This document shows positions 10,796 through 21,894 of a stretch of DNA of 55,720 nt, piece by piece. The DNA is taken from assembly GCA_963575745.1 (NCBI GenBank), contig CAUYUJ010000140.1, forward strand, positions 62,001 through 117,720, read 5' to 3'. Below the pieces are notes generated by a model. That model made no database searches, had not been told where the DNA came from, and saw only the letters and a list, made by a program, of their open reading frames with translations. Each line of letters opens with the position of its first letter. Position 1 is the first letter of the stretch. The position numbers and the translations under genes are program-made. This stretch comes from Prorocentrum cordatum (Eukaryota).

Positions 10796-13700
10796 CAGAG
10801 ACACGCGGAGAGCAATAGCAAAGAGGGGGGGGGGAGGGAGGAGGATGAGGATGAGGATGAGGATGAAGATGAGGATGAGGAGAAGGAGGAGGAGGAGGAG
10901 AAGGAGGAGGAGGAAGGAAGGAAGGAAGGAAGGAAGGAAGGAGGAGGAGGAGGAGGAGAACGCGGGGCACCGTCTCTTCAAAACGAGGACCCAACACCAC
11001 AGGATGGTTCTGGCGGGGAAAAACGGACGCGCGGAAATGAGGACGCGTAGCTTGGCATAGCATGGCGTGGCGACGCCCCAAGGTAGGGTGGGCTTCTGCG
11101 GCCCCAGAAATCAACGAATCGACACCGAATGTGTGGTCGCTTCAGATTGTTTTTTTCGGGAGGCCATTCTCTAAATGTTGGGGCCATTTGGTGCGACCGA
11201 AAACCATGCCGTGGCACGGCGCTGGAAATGATGACGCCAACGCTGCAGCGGGAGCACGATTCGGAACGAGCAATAGCCCAAAAATGAGGCCAGCGCTGCA
11301 GCGGGAACACGATTCGGAACGAGTGGTAGCCCGAACATGAAGCCAGCGCTTCAGCGAGAGCAAAAATTTGAAACAAAAACAAACAGAAACCCGTTTCCCG
11401 GAAATCCGGTGTGTAAGAAACCAGTGCGCGGAAGGGGGGCCCGATTTTCCCCGGTTGCCACCAGGGGAGAGAGGAGAGCAGTACTCATATTGTTTAATTG
11501 TGGAACGGAGGAAGGAGGAGGAAGAGGAGGAGGAAGAGGAGAAGGAGGAGAAGGAGGAGGAGAAGGAGGAGGAGAGGAGGAGAGGTGGCCATCTTCTCGA
11601 AATGCCCCCCCCCCCACTTGCCACCTCTTGAGGCGTGGAGAATGCACGCCACACAGCTGTCTGGGGCCAGCAATGGACCTGGGCGGCCCATGGGCGGAGT
11701 CTCGTTCTGCGTGTATAACCCGCTCAACTCGAACAAGACCCGCTCCCAGGACGTGATCGAGGAATTGAGCAACATAGACTCATATTCCTCATCGGGACCC
11801 AGCGGAGAACCAGCGGAGAGACGCTGGAGCCAATCTCCACCACCAGGACACTGGGCGCCTGAGTGGGGATGGCATAGTAGTCAGCATGTGAACAAAAGTT
11901 GGGGCTTGAGCGTGTGGATTAATAGTCGGCGGTTTCCTAAGTGTTGCGTCGGAGGCTTCATTTCAATACCAAAGGGACTAAGAGGGCGAGTTGCTGCATG
12001 TCAATTGGAGCGAGGTCCCCTTCGTTTGTTGCTGGTCGCGCTATAGTTTCCCCCATGCCCCAGCCGAGGACGTGCACCGAGAGAAGCGTGGGAGAGGACT
12101 ATCCGTACAATGACGAGATGGCTGACAGATTTGCTGGCGGCCACCTCCGCAAGATGGTCCCCTGTCACATGCACGGATAGGAATGGTCAGTTCAGTCACG
12201 TCGAAGGCGTCACGGAAATGCACAATTTGGGCTCGTTCAACTTCACGACAGAGCAGGTCTCCCCGTTGCTCACAGCCCACGAACTGACTGCGGTCAACAC
12301 GCATTTTGCACGAGGGGGCCCAACATATTTCAACAAGGGCGTCGCCAAGACGCTAGATTATCTGATGGTTCCGAGGACGTGGCGCTCTGCAGGCAGATGG
12401 TGTCGCACGCTCATCACAAGTGCGTGGAGGTTCCAAACTCACAACCTCAGCGGCATCTAGGACCACGTCCCCATGGCGGCCAGCTTCTCCCTGGAGGTGG
12501 TCGCGGAGCCGCACACGGAGCACAAGCGAGTGAAGTCTGATCGAGATCGCAAAAATGATTCAGCTCGGCGACAGTCGACGAGCGTTTGTGCAGCACGCGG
12601 AGTCTGGACCTCCTCAGCGGCGGGAAGAGCTCGCTGCGACGACATGGGAGGACACACCCGATTTTGTGGATTCGACGATCCACACGGCGATCGAGAATGC
12701 GGCTACCTAGTTCTGTACGACAACCCGAGGCGACACGGAGGACCACAAAGCACAAGCGAAAGAGGTCCGGCGATTGCTTTGGGAGCGACGCAATATCTGT
12801 TCGGAGTTTCAATATCTATGTGGGATGGGCGAGACAGAGGACTACAATGCGTCCATCGAGGTGCAGAAGAGTTACTTGGGCATGGATGTAAATCGGCATC
12901 GCCTTGTCACGGTGGACTACGACCGCGAGATGGCAGAGTTGCAGCGTCTCAGCAGGTGGATAAGGCAGCAGAGGCAAAAGTATTGGCAGGAGGTCGAGGC
13001 GTTGCAGTTCGATGGGTTCATGAGGGCGGTGGAGACGAACGATTTCTACAGGGTCCGCAAGATGGCGAGAATGGTGGCGCAGCGGCGCAGAGGAGGACGC
13101 ATGCGAGTTTATGGGCGGCATCATGTTTGAGGAACAGATGATGAGTGGACGGGGGAGATGAGACGACCAGGGCCCGCTGGCGGATGTTCGGCCGCCGAGA
13201 CCACGACCAATGAGATCCAAGCTCGACGGGGGCGCGCGGTGCGGCAGTGGGTCACGGGAAAGGAGATAGACGAGAAGATGAAGGACATCAAGCGAGCAAT
13301 CTGGAAAGCACGCATGTGGAGAAGCTATCCTTCCTGGAGTTCGAGTGTGGGATTATTGAGGTGCCGGTTTTTCCCCGCAATGGGTGAATGAAAGGATGGC
13401 GGCGAGGACTACTGGTCGTGGCCATGAGAGTGAGACCGAGAATCTGTGCACCCCCAATTTCTATGTGTATGCGAGGTGCATGGTAGAGGCGATCATGATT
13501 ACCTGGAGGTTTACACTAGATTGGTTGAGGGCAAAGGCCGCCAATATCGGCAAGGGCAACGAGAAGGAGGGAGTTGATGGGGAGAGGGCGGTAATGATTA
13601 TATGGAGTATGGCGAAACTGTACTACAAACATATTCTAATTCGAGCTGGCGCAGCAGGAATACCTTCTTGCGCGCATGGTGCCATCAAGCACCGCAAGCA

Positions 13701-13886
13701 ACAGGCGCGCAGCATCCGAAGAGGCGCCACGATGCAGCAAATGCATTGTTTTCGGTGAAGACTGGTAAGCTGCTGCAGGTTGTACATGCAAACATGACGT
13801 ATGAACATACAACGATGATGACTGATCGAGTCCAATTCGCGCACTTTGTTTTGTTTTCGGACACCACCGAGCACATGTTATTGATG

Positions 13887-13917
13887 GTGTGTGTGTGTGT
13901 GTGCGCGCGTGGGGGGT

Positions 13918-14005
<88 letters not shown>

Positions 14006-14009
14006 GGGG
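13887..14009. repeat. (GT)n plus poly-G run inside the LINE-B RT region
   Basis: Directly visible, immediately before codons MPGDP. Confidence 0.95.
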
Positions 14010-14836
14010 TATGCCTGGTGACCCTGCCATGGTACTCATATTTGTTATTGATTATTTAAGGGGGCTCGAGGAGCACGCATTGACAGCTACAGCATTGACT
14101 GACGTCACATCACCATGGACGGGGAGACAGGAGCAGGCGGCGATGAGTTTGTTCGTCGGTGATGTTTCGGATACGTTCAAGTTTAAGACCCAGGCGGAGG
14201 CGGAGGCGGAGGTGGAGGGAAAACGAACAAACTATTGACATAGCAAATGCTATGAGAGAGATGGGGCTGGACCAACCTATATATATATGTATACCGAAGC
14301 AGGAAACCATGCCGTACTGCTGTGGAAAAGGTGCGCGTTATTTGGAGAAGATGATCGTATCTGACATGGATATCGAGGGACACGCGGCAGCAGCAGCGAA
14401 ATATTCAGGAGTTCACATGACACCGAGATGTCCGGCGCAGATCGAGACAGGGCACCGCATTATGGCAGGAAAAGCAACATGGGCCTCCATGGGCAACTTC
14501 TGGACCTAGAACGCCCCCCAACGTTGGAAGATATCCATATACAAGGGGTACGTCGTCAATGCGATCCTCTCGGGCATCGAAACCTTTGCCAAGCCCCAGG
14601 GGCCCATGAAGGTTCAGGATTTCGCGGGGCTCGAGGGCTACGTCGCCAGGCAAGGACGCGTTGTCTATAGGAGGAGTGGCTTGTACGAGGGAGGACGGGT
14701 CCAAGAAGGCCCCCAGTAATCTTGAGGCGCTGGCGAAGCTGGGAATCGCAATTATCCTCGCGGAGGCCCGCACTCGGAGGCTAAAATGGCCACAGCAATT
14801 ACTGGCGAACCTTGAGTCGGCTGACCAGCTCCTGGG

Positions 14837-16394
14837 ACGGACGGATGGACGGATCCCCGAACGCGGTGCGGCCCCTGCGGGGGGCTGGGGAAGTGCGCCG
14901 TGGCGCGTGGGAGGGCACCCGCCTTCCCGGTCCTCCTCCCATCCCTTCTTAAACCACCTTCTTAAACCACCTTCTTAAAAGAAACCACTATTCTTGAACC
15001 ACCTTCTTGAAACCGCCTTATTAATCGCGACCGTGTAGCTGACGGCGTGCGGTAAATGATGATGTGCACTGCTTCCACCTGTCCCTGTTCTGGGTTTCGT
15101 CCTTCCATAACAGCGAATATTCTCGCAAATCGCCCTCCCAGCGGAACCAGTGTGTGCGCCACGGTCTCCGCGGCATCCCTCCCGCCAGGCTTCGCGTGGC
15201 GCACCGCTCAGCGCCGCGCCACTCCACTGCCCTTTTGCACCACCTGTCTGCCGGCATTCTCGCAATGTGCCCCGCCCATCGCCCTTTTGTAGCTAAGAAC
15301 GTGTGTACCCAAGATTGCATCCCGCATTCACTAGCCGCATCGCGCGCAACGTGCGTGGCGCGAATAATCCAAGAAACCCTCTGCTCTTGAGGCTGGCGTT
15401 TGTTGCCCACAATTCTTCGAAGCATATCGTTCTGAGTTGACTGCAGGCGTCTTTTCTCCTCCTCGATAGGCAACCACGATTCGCAACACCAGAGGACGCT
15501 TTTCGATACGCAGGCATCGAACAGCCGAAGGCGCTTTCTCAACAGGCCGCGCCTTGGGTTCAGAAGCGGCCACAGCTGATGAAATTTTGCCTACCCAGCC
15601 TTGATGCGCGAGGAGATCTCCTTGCTAGTGCGGCCAGCAAGGGTGAACTGCGTGCCGAGAATTTTAAAGCCGGTTGTAGCTGATACGACGGGAAACTGAT
15701 GCCCATGCACTTCAAGATGTCCTCGGTCATCGGCGCTGTTGTGCTGGATGAAACACTTATCTACATTCAGCGACAGACCTCTCTTTGCCAGCTCCGTCAT
15801 CGCGTCTCCAATCATATGCTGCAGCGCGTCTGCTGATCGCGCCACCAGAGTCGTGCCATCTGCAAACATCACGTGGCTCAGCCTTCTGCTTCCGTCCTCC
15901 TGCGAGCCGATGATCGTTCCCAAATTCTTTGCGTCCCAGGCCTCGCGTAATTTCTGGAAGATGGTTCTTGTGGCACTGTTGAACAACAGTGGCGAGATCG
16001 GATCTCCCTGCCGGACTCCACGTTGAATTTCAAATTCTGCGCTCGTTGTGGATCCGTCCAGCTGGACATGCGCTTTGCTTCCTAAGAATTACAGACCCAT
16101 CAGCATCTTACCGGTTATGTATAAGGCGTTTTCAACAGTGCTTGTAGCCACAACCAAGACACTTTTGGAATCGAAGCTCCAGCCCGAGCAGGCCGGGTTC
16201 CGTTCTGGTTACAGTTGTTCAGACGTGGTACACACTCTACGGGCAGTCGCAGAAAAGGCGGAGGAGTGGGGGGAGGAAGTTTGGATGGCATCGCTAGATC
16301 TGGAAAAAACGTTCGACAAGGTGCTGCACTCTGCTGTGTTCGAGGCGCTGGAGGAGGCAGGGGCGGACCCGGCCACGGTTCGCACGCTCCGGCA
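14837..16394 (-). mobile_element. LINE-C: 5'-truncated, 5'-inverted non-LTR retrotransposon nested in LINE-B
   Basis: Minus strand from ~16075: RGVRQGDPISPLLFN, VMFADG, FKILGTQ, WAGHIAR. Plus strand 16075-16394: NYRPISIL, QAGFRSG, SLDLEKTFDKV. Exact 13-bp TSD ACCAGCTCCTGGG at 14824-14836 and 16395-16407. (ACGG)-type tail at 14837-14854 and 13-bp TTCTTAAACCACC repeats in the 3' UTR. Confidence 0.93.
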
Positions 16395-17077
16395 ACCAGC
16401 TCCTGGGGGTCTTTTTCGGAAGCCTCAAGAGCGGGGACATCGAAACGCCGTCGTTCCAGGACCCCGAGGCAAAGATGAACCCGTGGGCCCAGCAGTGGCT
16501 CCAGGATGTCCAGGAGCTGGCGACGTACGAGGACCGGGAGTTTTTTTTTGTTCTGGAATACCATGATCATGACCCAGCACGTGCCATCCTGGAGGGGAGG
16601 GAAGAGTTTATCAAGCTAAACCGGACTGGCATGCGCGCGCACTTCATACACCATCGTGCCGAGCACGAGCCCCAGCACGCACAGAGCTTGCTAGGCGGAG
16701 AATTTCAATGCTGAGCAGAGGACGAAGAAGGACGACCTTGTCAAGCACGATTTTCCAGACAGAACTAGATTGGCTGCTCACTATGTGCACACTAAGGGAG
16801 GCACGCGCGGCAAGAGAATACTGTTTCAAGTGACGCGTTTCAGCTATATGTGCACTATATGTGGCACGGTGTTTACTACGTACGCGCAGGCGCAGAAGCA
16901 CCAGGGCGTTCGAAAGAGGCTTGTGTGTGGATCGTGCACGGTCAGGAAATGAAGTACGAATGGTGGTCTCATACTAACGTCTATGCGAATTTGTAGCGGA
17001 TGAGGCCCAAGAGCTGCGCCAGCACATTCTAGACCGCCACCTCAGTCAATACATCCACGAGCACCAGATTGAGTTCG

Positions 17078-17828
17078 ATGGCATGGCTCATCTAAAAATC
17101 AGGCCCGCAAGAAGGGACGACACAACCGCCGGGCAAGAAAGTAAAAAGCAAGGAGTCCGAGGAGGTGCTCACACGGCGTCTGGCAGTGCAGCTAGAGGCG
17201 AGGGTCAGGACTCTCGAGTATGCGCAGGCCGTCCAGGTCTTTCTTCCGCACGATCATCCACTGATCGAGGACGGCCGCAAGACCTATCAGAAGTACATGG
17301 ACACAGTCAAAGCAGAGGGGCCACAGCACGAACGGGGGCCCCCAGAGTTGCAGATTTTCGGTTCGAATCTATCCGTTATCGCCAGCTGGTTGAACGAGGG
17401 CACATCCAGCCCAGCCATGAAGAGATTCAAGGGGGTCCCCGAGAGATTGCTGCAGATGATGGCCCACACAGACAGAACAGGAGCCAGCGAGTGGGTGAAG
17501 GAGTACACGTTTTCGCCGACGTACGATCAACAAAAAAACGAGGATCACCGTGACCCTCCTCGGGCAGCTGCTCGTCGGAGTGACGGCAGAAGCAGCAGAG
17601 CAGCTTCTCAAGGACCAGATGGACTCCTGGGGGGGCGCGGCCACGGACCCCGCACTCGACGCCAAGCTGCAGAAGAGCCCGCTCGAGAATATTCCGATCC
17701 CCAGTGACACGAAGATCATGAATCTCAACAGCGTGCTGAGCCACATCCTGAGGGAGTGGGGAGGTGCCCGCAAACCTGGTCGCGCCCCGCGGGGAGAGAT
17801 GGCCAAGTTGCTGCAGGGCAAGAAGTAG
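17078..17828 (+). pseudogene. ~250-aa unknown protein downstream of the LINE-B RT ORF
   Basis: ATG at 17078 (MAWLI*KSGPQ...) is in frame with 17165..17707 (LAVQLEARVRTLE..QHERGPPELQIF). A frameshift in the A-run at ~17530-17538 joins frame 17550..17828 (..KPGRAPRGEMAKLLQGKK*). Confidence 0.65.
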
Positions 17829-18422
17829 GAGACGAGCCTCCGAGCGAGGCACCGCGGCCCGCGCGGGCCGTCAGCGAGCGGGGGCCTAGGGCTGGTGCTT
17901 TCTCCTCTGGTCCGAGGGCCCGCGGCCCCGGTGGCTGAGGCCCACCCTCGGCCACTCGCTCTCTGGCGGCGCTCCGCCCCTGTTTGCTCGGCGTGCCGAC
18001 AGCAGGGCTGGATCCGAGGTGGAAGCGTCAGCTCTAAGCTAGTAGGAGTTGCCCAGCGTCGTGATGCGTAGGCAAGATCGTGGATCATGAGGCGCGAATG
18101 GGATGGGTAAGTAAGGAGAGGAGGAGGAGCAGGAGCAGGAGGGTGAGGGGGTAAGGCCTCCTAGAAGGAGGCTGCTTCTCCGACGGCGCAGGCCTTGCAT
18201 CTATAGATGCGACTCGCGCCCTCGAAGAAGCAGCGTTCTTCTAAGAGGCCTTCCCCCCTCCCCCTAATCCCCTCTGCGCGTGGCCGACGTTAGCACTGAA
18301 CCCACGTTGCGTGAGCTCCGAGGGGTGAACCTTTCGCGTCCGACCGCTTCCGCGGGCCGCCCGCCGCTTCGAAAATCAACCCTCGCGTGACGTCCGCCAG
18401 CTCTCCCGCGGGCCTTCTGTTC

Positions 18423-18629
18423 GGACGCCTGACATGGGTACGGAAAAAATGGGTACAATGCCGAACAACACATGTTGTCCCAAACCAACAGCGGCCGCTG
18501 TTGGGCAGGCGGGCTTCTGTCTCGAATGGACACAGGCCGCGGCGGCGTGGACAGCAAATCCTGTTCAGAATGAACAAGAACTGCTCTTGGGCATTGTACC
18601 CATTCTTTCGGTGCCCATTTCGGGCGTCC
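18423..18629. repeat. Imperfect ~48-bp inverted repeat (fold-back/MITE-like)
   Basis: GGACGCCTGACATGGGTACGGAAAAAATGGGTACAATGCC versus GGCATTGTACCCATTCTTTCGGTGCCCATTTCGGGCGTCC. Confidence 0.75.
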
Positions 18630-18954
18630 AGATTCTGGAAGGCATCCGCCGAAGGAGAACTGTCGGCCCAGAACGGCCCAAATATGCTCGGAAATTTCGG
18701 TCCCCAAATCCTGCAGAATCCTGCACCCAGACCCGGGTCAGTGCGCCCCCGGCCCTGCAGGATCCTGCAAGATCTGGCGCTCTTGCTGACCCCCGTTTGC
18801 ATTGCCCCCCGTTCTTGAGCCGCGATCCTCGACCGAGGCACCACCGCCGGTGCTCCCACCGACCGCGGCGAACGTCTGGGTCTCTGAGGGCCTCCCGAGG
18901 CCTCCGGGAGCCTCCCGAGGCCCCTGAGGGCACCCGACGTGGGCAATATCTATA

Positions 18955-19022
18955 TCCATGTCCAGTGCGTCTCGGGCTTTTTTTAGAGGGGCACCACAAT
19001 GCCGAGGCGCACTGGACATGGA
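18955..19022. repeat. 21-bp stem hairpin
   Basis: TCCATGTCCAGTGCGTCTCGG / CCGAGGCGCACTGGACATGGA, 20/21 complementary, 26-nt loop. Confidence 0.85.
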
Positions 19023-20204
19023 CAAAATCAAGCCTCTATAGTAGGAGGGCAGATAATCCACCGCCATAATGACCACCCCGACACGCTAAGTCGTTTAGCA
19101 CAAACGCCCAAAGAAGGAATCGAACAGGGCAGGGCTGTTCCTGGTGGTCTTTCCTCCCTTGATAAAGGGGCCAGATTCTTATCCATACCCAGTGCGCCTC
19201 CGGGTTCTGGGGAAGGGAGCCCGCAACTCGATTCAGCGAATTTCAGTTTCCTGGACTACTACTACTGCTGCTTTACCATGATGGTGCACGAGCGGAGACG
19301 CGCGAGCACACCGAGATCAGGCATTCTCCAGTGCGTTCTCTGAAAATGTGCGGATACACATGATCCAACGAGTTGGATCTCGGAGACTTTGCGGCCCGAC
19401 CCCGCTCGAACCACTCGCAGAAGAAGCACCGAAAGAAGGACACACTCCCCGGTGCCTCCGGGGAATTGTCCGCTTTTCGCGGGGAAATGCCCGCTTTCAC
19501 GGGGGATATCGTGGAACCGGGCCGTAGCCCCACCCAGGTGTGCGTGATGCACTTGACCTGGTAGATGATGTCGTTGGGGGACAGGAGAAACCCGGGGGAG
19601 AACGACGATCCTGTAAGAGCGTGCCCAGATGAGACACCAGAACGGACATTTCGAGCCGTCGTCCCCGAGAGGCCCCAGGAGGAAAGAAGAGGCCCGCAAG
19701 ATGCCCCCCAGAAGCCCCAAGAGACTCCTTCAGACGCCCCCTCGTCGTCGTCGTCTGAAGGATCGGCGGCGCGGGTCGTGAGGCCTTCTCACTCGGCGGG
19801 AGGATGACGATCCCTCAACCTGCACTCGTACGCGCGGCGGCCTTTCCGCCACCCTCCTTCTCTGGACGAGTCGCCCGCCCTGTGGGAACTGCCTGGCGCT
19901 GGCGTCCAAAGGGCCTCCTCCTTCTGCTCCTCGGCAGAGCTGTCCCGGCTGAGCGCGTGCTGGCAGCACGCACTGTGCATTGTGCACGCGCTGGGTCCAG
20001 GACAAAAGCCATCCTAGTGTGAAACCGACTGTGATCTCTTGCCCTCGGTGTGCCTCATCATCTTATCCAGGAGAGGACTTGTGTATGTTTCTATCGGCCT
20101 CGCAAGCGCAAACTGAGACGTAACTCGTGGAGGATCACTACTCCGACCGTGTTGACCTACCCCACCCCACCCGCCGATGGGGGGCGTTGTGTGGCATCCT
20201 TCGG

Positions 20205-20350
20205 CTGCTGACTGCCACTCGCCCCACCTGTTGGACGTGATCCGAGGAGTGCTGCTCTGCGCAACTTGCGGGAATAGTTGTGTACACCGCCCCCGCAACC
20301 TTTTGAAGGAGTGTGGGCCCCCCGCGTTACGTGGGCGTGAGGGCGTGAGG
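20205..20350 (+). mobile_element. Probable 3' remnant of a LINE-A-like element (Cys/His motif)
   Basis: HSPHLLDVIRGVLLCATCGNS..RPRNLLKEC parallels GHEAERHGRALICLECGAF..PKLIRP at the end of LINE-A (~5080-5180). Confidence 0.5.
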
Positions 20351-21697
20351 TATTGTACTGCTTCGGAAAAGACTGCCCCGCAAGTCTTGTCTATCTTTCC
20401 CTGCACTGTGATGGAATCTGCTTGCCTCCTCCCTCCCCCCTGCTCCCTCCTCCTCGATTCTTGCGCCTCGCGCCATCTGGCGCCCTCTCGGTTCTGTGCG
20501 CTGGGATGCCTGGGGCTCAGTGCTGGGCCTGTACCCCCCTCGGTTCTCGGGGCGAGAGCCCTCAGCAAGACGGCGCGCAGATTGCTGCTGGGGAGACCAG
20601 AAAGTACCAATACCGTTGCTCCCCGGACCTCCCACGGGGTGCGTTCGGACTCGGATTTCGAGGCGTGTCCAAACGTGGCGACGAGGGCCTCCCAGGAGGC
20701 CCACAAGAGGGGGAAAACGAGGCAAGCGCAGCGGTGCCAGTACCGCTTCCTCCTCCGACAGACGGCGCGAAGACTGCTGCAACTGGCCATCGCTCGGACG
20801 GCCATTCCCTGTTTTTTCGGTTTCGTGCGTGGTTTTTCCGCCACATGATCAAGCTCCTCGATGGTCCTCGACGAAGGAAACATGCACACGTCCGAGCGAT
20901 GCCAAGGCAAGGCCGAGCCCCGCCCTTCCTCCGCCTCCCCGCGCGAGCGGGAGCGCGACTACGCCGCACGAGCGGGAGCACCCCCTGGGGAGGAGCCGGG
21001 CGCCGCCTCCACGTCGGCCCCCTCGCCGAGGAGCCGCCCGACGTCCCGGTGGAGCCCCGCGAAGGCCGCCTGCGTCGGGCGCCCGCGCGCCCCTCGTCTT
21101 GAAGGTCCCAGGATAGCTGCAGTGCAAATTGCAGCTGCAATTGCCGCAAAATTTGCAGGGGACGACGTCGGGTGAAATTGCCTGAAATTGCAACAAAAAT
21201 TGCAGATTGCTGCTGAAATTGCCGCAACAATCGCCGCACGTCGGGTAAAATTGCCTGCATCCTAGCCTATTGCTGCAATAGGTTCCTAGGACCTTGCAAT
21301 AGCGCACTTCGCTGCCCCGATAGGCATCACGCAGCACGCATCGTATTGATACGGAGCTCAGCACGCACGGTCAGCCCGTACAGTAAGAATGTGCGGTAAG
21401 GATGCAGGGGCCTTGGACGCCCATGCCGAGGCTCTTCGAGCGGGGCTGGCCTTCGAAAAGTAGTTGAGGATGGGCGGAAGATTACCGTAAAGGCAAGGAT
21501 GCAAGGGTACCCTTGGGAAGTCGCTCATCCTTAATGTGCGGGTTGACTGAAGGCTGAAAACGTAGGTCCGACGCGATGCAATCGCCAACACGTGTCCCGA
21601 TACGTGGAGCCAACACGCAGCGTATTGACACGGAGGTCTTGAACACGGGACGTGTTGCGTTTCAAAACGGGCGTATCGAGGCAACTAAGGGCCCAGC

Positions 21698-21894
21698 TAG
21701 GGAAACGAACAATGACATAAACACAAAAACTCGGAGGTCCGCGCGGATCTCTCGGATCGGCGCTGGACCCCCCTGGCGGCGCCTCCGGCACCGCCCCTGG
21801 CGCGCTCCGCGCGCCAGGGATGGGTGTCCATGTCCGAGCCGCCAAATCCGCGCGGACCTCCGAGTTCTTATGCTTGTCATTGTTCGTTCCCCTA
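21698..21894. mobile_element. MITE-like element with ~50-bp terminal inverted repeats and TA flanks
   Basis: TA-GGGAAACGAACAATGACA..AACTCGGAGGTCCGCGCGGAT ... ATCCGCGCGGACCTCCGAGTT..TGTCATTGTTCGTTCCCC-TA; internal hairpin CCCTGGCGCG/CGCGCCAGGG. Confidence 0.8.

Larger units (their letters stand above)
8005..11360. repeat. Two tandem copies (~1.6-1.75 kb) of a composite non-coding repeat unit
   Basis: 8005-9600 and 9605-11360 share the same order: CA-rich start, ~450-bp body, 89-bp array, (GAG)n tract, GAGAACGCGGGGCACCGTCTCTTCAAAACGAGGACCCAACACCACAGGATGG block, then the 45-bp-unit repeat. Confidence 0.9.
11690..17075 (+). pseudogene. APE endonuclease-reverse transcriptase polyprotein of LINE-B (many stops and frameshifts)
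   Basis: Fragments in ORFs 11498.., 12110.., 12774.., 13384.., 13891.., 14159.., 14661.., 16475.., 16770... Removing 14837-16407 restores the frame DQLLG|VFFGSLKSGDIETPSFQDPEAKMNPWAQQW. Confidence 0.8.
11583..18113 (+). mobile_element. LINE-B: near full-length decayed non-LTR retrotransposon (APE-RT-C2H2-like fingers) with a downstream second ORF; interrupted by LINE-C
   Basis: APE motifs SFCVYNPL, LTAVNTHF..GPTYF, LDYLMVP, DHVP; RT-region remnants KGNEKEG..RAV, GMPGDP, LFVGDV; C-terminal CTICGTVF..AQKH and CEF..LRQHILDRH. Candidate low-complexity TSD AGGAGAGGAGGAG at 11570-11582 and 18114-18126. Confidence 0.8.

Noticed and set aside
18813..18822. Additional SL relic (CTTGAGCC)
   Set aside because: Only 8 nt match; expected by chance.
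19095..19135. tRNA or tRNA-derived SINE (minus-strand GTTCGATTCC B-box-like motif)
   Set aside because: No T-arm stem, A-box or cloverleaf could be built.
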